Assembly (NCBI RefSeq): GCF_032191835.1
Contig: NC_083232.1
Coordinates: 62,496,001-62,560,000, forward strand
Length of the DNA stretch: 64,000 nucleotides
Reading direction: 5' to 3'
From: Heteronotia binoei
Taxonomy: Eukaryota
Of the stretch, positions 39,591-49,955 are shown piece by piece. A program made the translations under genes and the position numbers. The notes beneath the pieces were generated by a model. The model was not told the DNA's origin. It did not search any database and saw nothing but the letters and a program-made list of their open reading frames with translations. Numbering within the stretch: the stretch's first letter is position 1; the number at the start of each line of letters is the position of its first letter.

Positions 39591-40478
39591 TATAACAGCA
39601 CGCCTCGCGGTCTCACTGGATCGCTTCTATATCCGGCTTATGGCTACCCCAGCCCCTCTTCAGCCTCAGTTCTTCCTTTAAAATTTTACCTCACGACTAT
39701 AGAACTCGAGGGGTGGGTGTACTATGGATTTCTCACTACTAGTCTCTTCGGGGTTGTTGTTTTGCTTTCAGATGGATATAAACTCAGTTTGTAGGGGACC
39801 ACATTAGCTTTGATAGTTTTCCCAATATACTGGCACCAGAGAACTTTAAAGTAAACCACAGAAATTTATTAACATACACACACCGTCTTCAACTGGGGAA
39901 TGGGAAATATATACATGGGCTATATTGTATCTCAAGCAGTTAACAGTTTCTTCATAGTTCAGGCTTTATAACATCTAGTTCACTTAGGTCTCTCAGGTTT
40001 CACAGATCATACAGCTTTCACTCTCCAACACTATTCTGGGTTGGCCTCTTGGGTATAATGCGCCAAGTCCCTTAAGTCGACTGGAGTCTCTTCTCCCAGA
40101 CCTTCAGACTTCTAGACCCACATATTTCCCTCAACCACCTCTTTAGCTCTTAAGAGAAGTGTCTTTGTGTCTGTGACCTCTCAGGTCTTTTACTGTGACT
40201 CTTGTCTAGTCACACACAGCCCCTTGGCTGTCTTTATAGAGTGAACAGTGAGCTTTGCTTCTCTCGAAGACTCTCCTCACCTCCTGTCTCAGCTCCTTCT
40301 CAGACCAACTGCTCTCTTCAGCAGTCTCCCTCAGACTCTGTCTGACACTAACTGCCCTCAGTCGTTAGCTGTCAATCACCTCTGAGAGTTCCGAGCACTC
40401 TGGCCCCCACCCTCAGGTCACCTGACGCAGGCTCTATGCATCCTTAGTTTTCTGGTTAACCCGTTCATTACCGTCACA
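39591..40478 (-). mobile_element. Solo LTR (888 bp)
   Basis: Minus strand starts TGTGAC and ends GTTATA (one change from ...ACA); 4-bp TSD acct (39587-39590, 40479-40482); AATAAA on the minus strand near 39865. Confidence 0.72.
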
Positions 40479-41907
40479 ACCTGCTCAGCTTTCACTAGAT
40501 AGTTTGACAGTTATGGAGATGCACAGTTATTAAGGGACAGTTAGTCTTTATAACTAAGCCTAACTTTCTAAACATGGCCAGTTTCACAGTCCAGTTGGAC
40601 AAGCTGTCCCAAATATTCAGAGTATGGTTTAGCTAAAAAATTATGGCAACTCACAAGTGGAGCACATCTATCTCACAGATGACTTGCTGTGCAAAGCAAA
40701 GAGGGAAAGATAAATATCCTCCAACCATTTCATACATTTATATGATGCCACCACTCTCCCTTAAAAGGGATAGTCAGAAAATAACTCTGTCTATTCTGTA
40801 TACCAGTTCTCAGTTCTATAAAATTACAGTCATGACATAAAACACCTCATTTTACACACACTCTCTTTTCCAAGTAATATTAAAACTCATTGGCAATGAT
40901 TTTCTATTACCACATACACCTATAAAAATGAAGTGCTGATTTACAGTAAATTGAAAACATGACACTGCTTTTTGTCACAGACATACCCTCCTAGAACCAG
41001 ACTATCCTGGCAGTGTCATCACTGTTCTGCTTTGAAGGACAATATAGGTTGCTGGGAGCAGGGGAATAACATCATGCTCTCAGTCAACCCAGAAAATAAA
41101 CATTTAAACTAGAACCTGTTTTTTACCAGATGCATTCCTTGCCACCAACAACGGTTGCAACTGTACATTTTCTGCTTTTCTTTCACCCGCTCCCCCCTCA
41201 ACAGAACATTTACAGTCAAGAGCACAGAAATCCACACAAACACACAAATGGAAGCTATTGGCTCAATGCTACGTCCTATTACAATTTTTTTTTAAATAAT
41301 AAAGATCTTGGATCTTTAAAATGCTTAGGAAATAAGATCAATGTAGCACTTCTAAGCTACTTTTTTCTGTGGTCATTTTTTTTTTTACAGCTATCTCAGT
41401 GTTTTGGTTGACAATAAAAATATCTTGCCTTGTGTAATTTTGTACCAAGACAGTTAGATGGCTACTTTTGGGATAGTAGTTTCATTTGCAAAACTCTTGT
41501 TACAGTTCTACAGGGCCTGTAAAACAGAGCTGTTCACCAGGCAGCAGATATCCAACAGGTGACATATTGGAGTCCCCTGAGCAATGTATATTTTGCTGCC
41601 ATCTTGTTTTAGTAGCTGGTTTTAATTACATATTTATTGTATTTTATTTATGTTGTTATCTCACCATGAGATAGGGTGAGATATAAGTATAATAATAAAT
41701 AAATGCTGTAAGCCATTTGATTCATTGAAATTGATTCATTCAAAGATAACTTTTCTATCACATTCTCTCTGTCATTGCATAGACTAACAAAGTTGTAAAC
41801 ATAGCTATGATAAGTATTAATGTCCTTTCCTGCCAGTAAGCCTTCCAGTATAGTAAGAATTAAATGAACCATTGCTCAGTTACTCATTATTGCTCACAGA
41901 TCCCAGT

Positions 41908-42563
41908 TAGGGTTGCCAAGTCCAATTCAAGAAATATCTGGGGACTTTGGGGGTGGAGCCAGGAGACATTGGGGGCGGAGCCAGGAACAAGGGTGTGACA
42001 AGCATAATTGTTTTTACATTTAAAGGGACAGCACGCCTTTTTAAATGTCTTCCTTCCTTAGGAAATAATGAAGGATAGGGGCACCATCTTTTGGGGCTCA
42101 TAGAATTGGACTCCCTGGTCCAATCGTTTTGAAACTTGGGGGGTACTTTGGGGAGAGGCACCAGATACTATACTGAAAATTTGGTGCATCTCTCTCAAAA
42201 AACAGCTCCCCCAGAGCCCCTGAAACCTCCAGATCAATTCCCCATTATACCCTATGAGAATCGATCTCCACATAGGAAATAATGAAGTGCTCAGCAGATG
42301 TTTCCCTCCCCCCGCCACCATTTCTGGCGACTGAAGTGAGAGATTGGCCTCTCTACTCTTGAGTTGCTGCCAGCTTCTTCAAAGTAACACAGACACACCA
42401 TCCCAAAATGAAGCCTTTCAGTCAGAGACTGAAGCCTCCGGAGCTGGAAAGGCACATGGTCCTCTGGGGCGGGGCTTCCCCCCGCCAGCCAGCTGACTGG
42501 AGGTGGGAAGGAGCCTGGGAAAGCGGAAGAACCCCCGCTGGGGCCTGGGGAGTGGCAGACCTA
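41908..42563. mobile_element. Non-autonomous hAT element, TAGGGTTGCCAA TIR (656 bp), nested in a Penelope-like insertion
   Basis: Perfect TSD atcccagt (41900-41907, 42564-42571); colinear with 8075-8714. Confidence 0.92.
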
Positions 42564-42612
42564 ATCCCAGTAGGCAGCTGTGTTGGTCTGAAGCAATAGA
42601 ACAAAACACTAG

Positions 42613-42771
42613 ACTGAGCAATGATGAACAAAGCAGTAGACAAGTGCACCTTTAAGACCAACTAAGTTCAGAATGTAAGCTTTTGTATGCATACGAAAGC
42701 TGACATTCTGAATAAAACTTAGTTGGTCTTACAGGTGTGCTTGTCTACTGCTTTGTTCATCATTGCTCAGT
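42613..42771. repeat. 159-bp near-perfect palindrome made from a Penelope-like terminal motif
   Basis: Arms actgagcaatgatgaacaaagcagtagacaag...gtatgcatac centre; about 5 mismatches and one 4-nt indel. Confidence 0.9.
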
Positions 42772-43693
42772 TACTCATCAGTATCTCAGCATTAAAAGAC
42801 CAGATAGTTCCTTGTTCATCATATGCAAGTATGAGATGAGTGCAGGAAAGAATCTCTAAGAAGATAGTCTTTTCAGCTCACTCTTTCATAGCTACAGCAA
42901 ACATGATAGGAAAGTTATCACTCAGTTATCACCTGATGTCACTCAGAATGGGGTTACAAGCTTGCTGCATTATCAAACATGTTGTTCCTTTCATCTTTAT
43001 AGGAGGCTCTGAAAAGTTCCCTAAATCCTCCCCTTGTTTTACCTTCCTCTACATTTTAAAATCTGTTAAGTGCTTCGCATAGCAACCTTTCTTAAGCTGT
43101 CTAATAAGTTGCAGATACGACATTGCACTGGGTGATTTATCAAGATAATGGTTTCAATAGAATTTAGTAGTTCTATTGTCTTTTATTCTCTCTGTGCTTA
43201 TATATATATATAAAATGTTCTTTGTCATAGATATTTCGCTAATGATGGTGGCCAAATTGAACTCTCCCACTGGCTTACGGGTGCATACCATGCACTCCAT
43301 ATACCAATGGCTCATCACAGCTCAGTCTCTGGCTTCCCACTGGCTGACTTCCCTGCCCCCACCTACTGCAGGCCTAGGAATACTGAATAAATCACTAAAA
43401 CAGTCTTACCTCAGAGGCAGACACATCTCCAACTCTTCTCTCTGTCAACTGGCCTCACAAAAGGCATCACTGGCAACAGTCCTCTGCCACCCTATCAACA
43501 TCCCACACAGATGGCCTCTCAGCACACACAGTCTCTGAAGGCTGCAGAAATATCCAGGGAACTGCTGCTGTAATGTGACAAGGTGGCAAAGTCTGGCCCC
43601 GCTGGGAGTGTTTCCTCAGAACTAATGGCTGTGCCTTTTTCCTGTCACTCCCTCTCTCCCTCCTCCCCCCAGCCTCGCCCCTAGTCAGAGGCT

Positions 43694-43706
43694 GTTGCTA
43701 GGCAAC
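43694..43706. promoter_or_regulatory. RFX X-box-like palindromic motif GTTGCTAGGCAAC
   Basis: Matches the RFX inverted half-site consensus; function untested. Confidence 0.35.
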
Positions 43707-44408
43707 CAAGGTTGCTTCTTTCAGTAAAGGAAGAGGCCATAGGTGAATAGAATGGCATACAGTCTATCCTCCAGAGCAGTTCTTTTCTCCAGGATGAGTA
43801 AAAGAGGTCTGTTGTCTGGAGTTCAATTTTGATTCCAGGAAATCTTCAGGCTCTACATGGAAATTGGCTACTCTAGGCCTGGAAGCACCCTCCGGGTGAC
43901 TTGATGCCACCTGGCAGGCATGACTTAACTAGGCCTAGATGCTTGCTCTTGTTCAGCAGCAGCCCCACTATGACAGGCAACTCCAAGTTGGGAAACTCTG
44001 GGAGATTTGAGGGGTGGAGTCTGGAGAGTGTGGGGTTTGAAGAGGAGAGGAACCTCAGACAGGTACAATGCCATAGACACCACCCTCCAAACCAGCCATT
44101 TCCTCCTGGGGAACCACTGTTGCCAATCTCCAGGTGAGGGCTGGAGATCACTCAGAATTACAACTGCTCTCCAGATGACAGACATCAGCTCACCTGGATG
44201 TGGGGGGACCATCTCCATACGGTACAATGGAGAATTTCACTTGCCAAGTTGTGCTGCCATAAAAACATGACTCGGCAAGTGAATTGGGCATTGGTAGCCA
44301 AATCAGATTGTCCAAACTGTATTTGGCTAAGAAATTCCAGGAAATTACTGATAAGATATTTTGGGGGATATTTCTTCACCTTGATATAGACCAAGGCACA
44401 CTCTAGAC

Positions 44409-45804
44409 CCATGATGGCGAACCTATGACACGCGTGTCACTGGTGACACGCGAGGCAATTTGGCTGACACACTGGAAACCAAGGAGCGTGGCGAGCCGCG
44501 AGTCATTCGGAGGCTGCTGAGCTCGTCTCGGAGGAGCAGCAGCTGCTAAGGTGAAGGCGAGAAGAGGCGGCAGCAGCACAGCGGGCCGCCGCCGCCTCTT
44601 TCCCCGGCTCCAGGCCGGGGGTGGGGGTGGGAGGGAAGGTTGGCCGACGCTGCCAGCGCCTCGCCTTGACCTGGGGGTGGGAGGAGACAGCCTCCTGGCG
44701 CAACCGGTCCCCCACCCAAAGCAGAGGCAGCCAAACGCGCCTCCTCCTCCTCGCAACAGGGCCGAGCTTTGCAACCCCCTTTTCCCGCCCTCCCCGGGGC
44801 CTGAGGAAATAGGTGGGTATAGCAAGAAAGAAAAAAAGAGCATTGCAAAAAAAGAGGCAGGGGGGGAAAGAAATGCCCTCCTCGGCGGGTCGTGCCTTTG
44901 CAATGCCGGGGCTTTGCAAATGCAGGAGCAAGGCAGGCGTGTTTTTTTCCGTTTGTTTGCACGGAGCGGCTGGGGGAGGGGGAGGCAGAGATGGCATTGC
45001 AGCAGTGTGTGGGGGGTGCAATGCCCGAGGGGACGTCGCTCTTGGGCCTGTTGTGGGGCTGCCCCCCTCCTCCTCCACCCAGTCCTGTTTTTTTTTTTTT
45101 TTGCAACCAACATGATCTTTCTCACTTTGCTCTCTCGCTCTTTCTCATGGCCGCCTGCCAGAGGCGGGGTTTCAGATTTAAAGGACAAGCTGCCCTTTTC
45201 AGCTTGGAAGAGGAGGAAGGGGGTGGGCGATGGGGGCTGTGTGTGGGTTGCAAAAGAGCAAGGGGAGGGGAGCATTGGGTCGCCCCCCTTGGCTTCCCTT
45301 GGCAAGCGCTGGAGGAGAAAAGGTGGGAAGAAAAAAAGATACACCCTTTCCCGCAGGGTTACCAATCCCCAGGTGGGGGCAGGGGATCCCCCTCTCCCCA
45401 AAATACCCCCCCAAGTTTCAAACGATTGGACCAGGGGGCCCAATTCTATGAGCCCCAAAAGAAGGTGCCCCTATCCTTCATTATTTCCTATGGAAGAAAG
45501 GCATTTTAAAAGGTGTGCTGTCCCTTTAAATGTGATGGCCAGAACTCCCTTGGAGTTCAATTATGCTTGTCACACCCTTGTTCCTAGCTCCACCTCAATG
45601 TCTCCTGGCTCCACCCCCAAAGTCTCCTGGCTCCGCCCCCAAAGCCCCCAGATATTTCTTGAATTGGACTTGGCAACCCTCTTTCTTTATTGGGGCTGCA
45701 AATATCATCAAATTATTGATATGGTGAAGTGACACGCGACCCGAAGAAGACTAGACTTTTTCCCGATTTTCGACACACCAAGCTGAAAAGGTTAGCCATC
45801 ACTG
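44409..45804. mobile_element. Non-autonomous hAT (Charlie/hAT1-like) element, 1.4 kb, with CpG-rich interior
   Basis: TIRs ccatgatggcgaacct vs reverse-complement cagtgatggctaacct (13/16); perfect TSD ctctagac (44401-44408, 45805-45812); subterminal tgacacgcg repeats. Confidence 0.9.
45354..45681. mobile_element. Internally deleted TAGGGTTGCCAA-family hAT element nested inside 44409-45804
   Basis: cagggttaccaa / ttggcaaccct; body is the reverse complement of 8075-8330; TSD only partial. Confidence 0.85.
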
Positions 45805-48042
45805 CTCTAGACATTACATATGGGCAGTGGGTGAGAAGGATGTTGCCAGGAAGGGCCAATAAAAGCAAAGACTGGATTAAAGCAATTGTTTGTTTGTTTT
45901 AAAAAATGAACATATTCTAGACTACAATGAATTCATCTATTATTTTACTAGATAAACTCTCACTGAACCCATGAACTTAAAACAACACTTCTATGGGGGT
46001 TACACAGCAATGTTCTGTTTTCAGCTTAAGTGACTGAGTTGTTAACATTTCTTTCTACATATGACTTGAGGGTATGCATGCACCATACAATTAAATACCT
46101 AGTACCTACAAATGTTCTGCTAACCAGATTGCTAATTAGCGTGCTGTTTTTATATGATGCTTCATAAAGTTCTACTTAATGCAACCCGATGACAGGATCA
46201 TTAAAAGATACCTCAGTCACTGCAGTGAGGGGAAGCTCATGTGGCTTGCCCTGAACCCACAGTGATTTTCCCAGACCTACTTTCACTCCTTACGATACTG
46301 ATGAATCAGCAAGATGGAATGCAATAAAAATATCCTTTAAAGCAGATCTTCATGCCCAAATGCTTGTACCTCTATTAGCCTTATTTACAGAACATCTATG
46401 AAGTACTCAGCTCTAATTATCACAGCAAAGGATGCTTTAAACAAAACAACAACAAAAATCTTTTTCCTACTATGTGTTTATTTGCAATACTGTGATATTA
46501 TCCTCTTTGCCCTCCAACTGTGCAAGTTTCAAAACAGAGAGAAAATGATGAAAAAGAATATCCCTCTTCTGGACCATTTGACATGAAAAAGGGTATTAGT
46601 TTGCTTTTAAATCACAATTCAGTCTAGAAAGTCAGCCAAAGAAAATTCTGAGAAGGCCCACACAGTATGTGTAACTAGGACACCTCACATATTTTGACAA
46701 GGGGGATATTGGACTGAAGATTATCATATTGTGGCTGTTGAAGAAATAATGTTCAATAAATAAAAATTTAATCAGAGGGTTTGTTGCTAGTTAATCAGGA
46801 TGGACATTAAAATACTGTTTCTAGCAGGACTTATATTGGAACAAAATAAAAGTATGAGAAAGTCTCGGGGTGGGGGGGAGACCAAAATCTAATGTGAATG
46901 CTGTTTCGGGGGAGGGGGAGAAGGAAGATAGAGTACTCTATAACCTACCAAAAGTAGGGAAGAGAGAACGAAGTGGGTAGGAATGAAGATTATACGCTAT
47001 TATGGGCACACACGGATTTAATAAAGACAATTCTATTATACCAGAAATAACAAACAATTTAGATAAACAGGAATCATTTTTGCACAGACTACTTGCATGA
47101 TGAGATCCAGTACAGGCAGGTAACTGAGGCTATGCTAATTTCAGAGAAAGCATTTATGCATTATTTTAAAAATTATCTTTTTACTACATTTGAACCTCAC
47201 CTTTTTCCAATGAGCTCAGAGCAGCTTACTCCATCTCCCTCTTTCCATTTCATCCTAATCACCCCTGGGCTTATATTTTCATTGGATCAAATGACTGATT
47301 TCCCACCAGTTGCTGTGTGTGCTCATTTTGACCCATGGCTTTCTTCAGTTCTCCCTGTGCCTCCAAACTTGTTTTTTTTTAAACATTGGGAAGGTGCAGA
47401 GAGAACTGGAGGGAAGCACAGGTCAAAATGCGCTTGCGCAGCAACTGGTGGGGAATTGATCACATGTTCTGACAAAAGTAGAAGCCCAGGGGTAGAGCAA
47501 AAGTGACTGCAAAATCAGTATCTGCAAATGATATAGGTAATGAATCGGGAAGGAGAAAACACAGAAAACTACATACTGACCAGTGGTCCCCATTAGGGCC
47601 TAAAAAAAAAAAGGTGTCAGAACTCTCAAGATGAAAATGAAGGAGAAACACATGCACTTTTAAACCATTTTGAGAATTTTGTTTCCATGAAGAGGTTCTG
47701 GAACTCTGTTTCACTGTTCTCACAGGGGAAAAAAGCCCTGGCCCCCACACCTGAGAATGGTAAGAAAACTCTTCTGCTTAGAGCAGAAGTATATCGCCAC
47801 TGAAATGACATTCCCCTTCCAAGTTCTCCCTTTCTGTTTGTAATATACAGGAATAATATGTCATGAAACCACGACTTTGCATGTCCACATGTCTGCCAGT
47901 AGCGGCTGTTGCTAAGGAGTGAGATATATTTTTTAGGCATTACAATCAGCATACCAGGAGTAGGGGTGTGTATTCAGGTAAACATAAGCCCAAATTATAC
48001 CTGAAATTAGCTGTTTTAGGTCAGCTGTGGGATACCTGAAAC

Positions 48043-48230
48043 CAGGGCTTTTTTTGTAGAAAAGCCCAGCAGGAACTCATTTGCATATTAGGGCATACCC
48101 TGTGACATCACCATTGTTTAGCACAAGGCTTTTTTGTGGGAAAAGCCCAGCAGGGGCTCTTTTGCATATTAGGCCACACTCCCTGCTGCCAAGCCAGCCA
48201 GAACTGCATTCCTGTTCAAAAAAAGTCCTG
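48043..48230. mobile_element. hAT MITE, CAGGGCTTTTTT-TIR family (188 bp)
   Basis: Perfect TSD cctgaaac (48035-48042, 48231-48238). Confidence 0.92.
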
Positions 48231-48577
48231 CCTGAAACAATCTTGAAACACTCCAGAAATGGTAGAAGTAATGACAATTCATGAAATTTCAGAAAAAACA
48301 TAGAAGTGGAGAGGAAAGAGAGGAAACAATCCCAGAAAGAACATGGCAGTCAGTGTCTCTCTTCCCTTTAAAAGAGATGCTTACAAATAGCTGATGGTCT
48401 GTATACCTATATGGCTCCTTTAAATTTTGAAGGGAAAAGGGTTTAAAATGGCCCTGAACTTTCCGCTGGAGGCTTCTCCCTACTGCTGGCATTGGAGACA
48501 GACAAGCCTGCCCCCAGAGCCAGAAAATGGTGGGCAGGCTGGCAGGCTACTTGACTCTCACCAGCTATGGCTATAGT

Positions 48578-49134
48578 CAGGGGCGTAGCTAGGGCTTCGG
48601 GGGCCTGGGGCGCAAGATTTATGTGGGCCCCCCTATGTGTGTGGCGGAGGGGAGGGGCTTCCCTGCCTTAAGACGCTGAGCGGCGCGCGGCCCTCCCCAC
48701 ATCCCTTCGCCCCCGCAGCCTGCCTCACGCACGCCCGAAGTTCCTCTTTCTGGCGCACCGCCGCGGCCAGGAGCGGCTGAGTCGTCGGCGCCTGGGAGTT
48801 GAGGGGGCCGGAGAGCTCCGGGGTGCTGCTGCCGAGCGTGGGGATGCGGCCACTGGGTGTGCAATGCCACCGCCTCCTCCTCCTCCTGCTGCCCGCCGCC
48901 GCCTGCTGCTTCCTGCTGCTGCCCGCGGCACGTGGAGCAGCAGGAGAAGCCTCGAGCAGGCGAGGGTCGGACGCCGCTTCCCCCGCCCCGAGCTGGGACT
49001 GTGGCCGGAAGGTCTGCGCGATGCTCCGGAGCCCTGCCGGGGAGGGGAGGGACCCCCCTTGGCAATGCGTGGGCCCCCCAGATCCCCCAGACCTGGGGCG
49101 ATCCGCCCCCCCGCCCCCCCTCCCTACGCCACTG
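48578..49134. mobile_element. Pack-hAT element 2 (557 bp) with GC-rich first-exon-like cargo
   Basis: Same termini as 11912-12835 (left 62/66 identical; right ~85 bp highly similar); perfect TSD gctatagt (48570-48577, 49135-49142). Confidence 0.92.
48844..49011 (+). pseudogene. Putative captured first exon encoding a signal-peptide-like N-terminus (MRPLGVQCHRLLLLLLPAAACCFLLLPAARGAAGE...WDCGRK); donor gene unidentified
   Basis: gggATGc start; basic n-region, Leu-rich h-region and small-residue c-region; possible donor AAG|GTCTGC; CpG-rich upstream. Donor gene not recognised. Confidence 0.45.
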
Positions 49135-49220
49135 GCTATAGTGTCTATTCTTTCTACCATCCTGACATCAACTCTATCAGGTTCCCAGAATTCCCAATTT
49201 TCATTTTTTAAAAGTAAGGC

Positions 49221-49355
49221 NNNNNNNNNNNNNNNNNNNNNNNNNNNNNNNNNNNNNNNNNNNNNNNNNNNNNNNNNNNNNNNNNNNNNNNNNNNNNNNN
49301 NNNNNNNNNNNNNNNNNNNNNNNNNNNNNNNNNNNNNNNNNNNNNNNNNNNNNNN
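49221..49355. other. Assembly gap (135 N)
   Basis: Run of n. Confidence 1.
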
Positions 49356-49676
49356 AAAAGGAGTGAGAAACTTTCTTTTTTCAAGAAATGAAAGCTAGGA
49401 ATTCAGGACACCTGCTACACATATTGGATACTGTTATGTCAATATAACACTATTCAGTTGCCAATTATAAAAAAAATAAAATTCCTATGGCAGTGGAGGG
49501 GGGGATGGTCACTGTGGAAGCCAAACCTTCATCCACCTGCCATTTTCCAGCTGCGGAGGAGACTGCCATCTCTGATTTTGGCAAGAGGGAGAGTGCTTCA
49601 GCAGGAAGATGCCATACAATGTAAGTCTGAGGCTGATTACTTCCCTCCCTCCCCACTCTTAATGCCTTTCAAACTG

Positions 49677-49955
49677 GAAAGCCAGTTTGGTGTAGTGGTT
49701 AAGTGTGCGGACTCTTATCTGGGAGAACCGGGTTTGATTCCCCACTCCTCTACTTGCACCTGCTGGAATGACCTTGGGTCAGCCATAGCTCTGGCAGAGG
49801 TTGTCCTTGAAAGGGCAGCTGCTGTGAGAGCCCTCTCAGCCCCACCCACCTCACAGGGTGTCTGTTGTGGGGGAGGAAGGTAAAGGAGATTGTGAGCTGC
49901 TCTGAGACTCTTTGGAGTGGAGGGCGGGATATAAATCCAATATCTTCTTCTTCTT
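49677..49955 (+). mobile_element. Full-length MIR/Ther1-derived SINE (Squam3-like)
   Basis: tRNA-like head (tggtgtagtggttaag; gggtttgattccc), CORE-like tgaccttggg and cctcacagggtg, L2-type tail gggcgggatataaat and (CTT)n. Confidence 0.88.

Noticed and set aside
44403-45732. Long ORFs (351-393 aa) as novel genes
   Set aside because: Overlapping open frames on both strands in GC-rich low-complexity DNA that run through a nested MITE; no recognisable domain.
48578-49355. Pack element 2 as an artefact of the nearby assembly gap
   Set aside because: It has both termini and a perfect 8-bp TSD and ends 86 bp before the gap. Read confirmation is still advisable.
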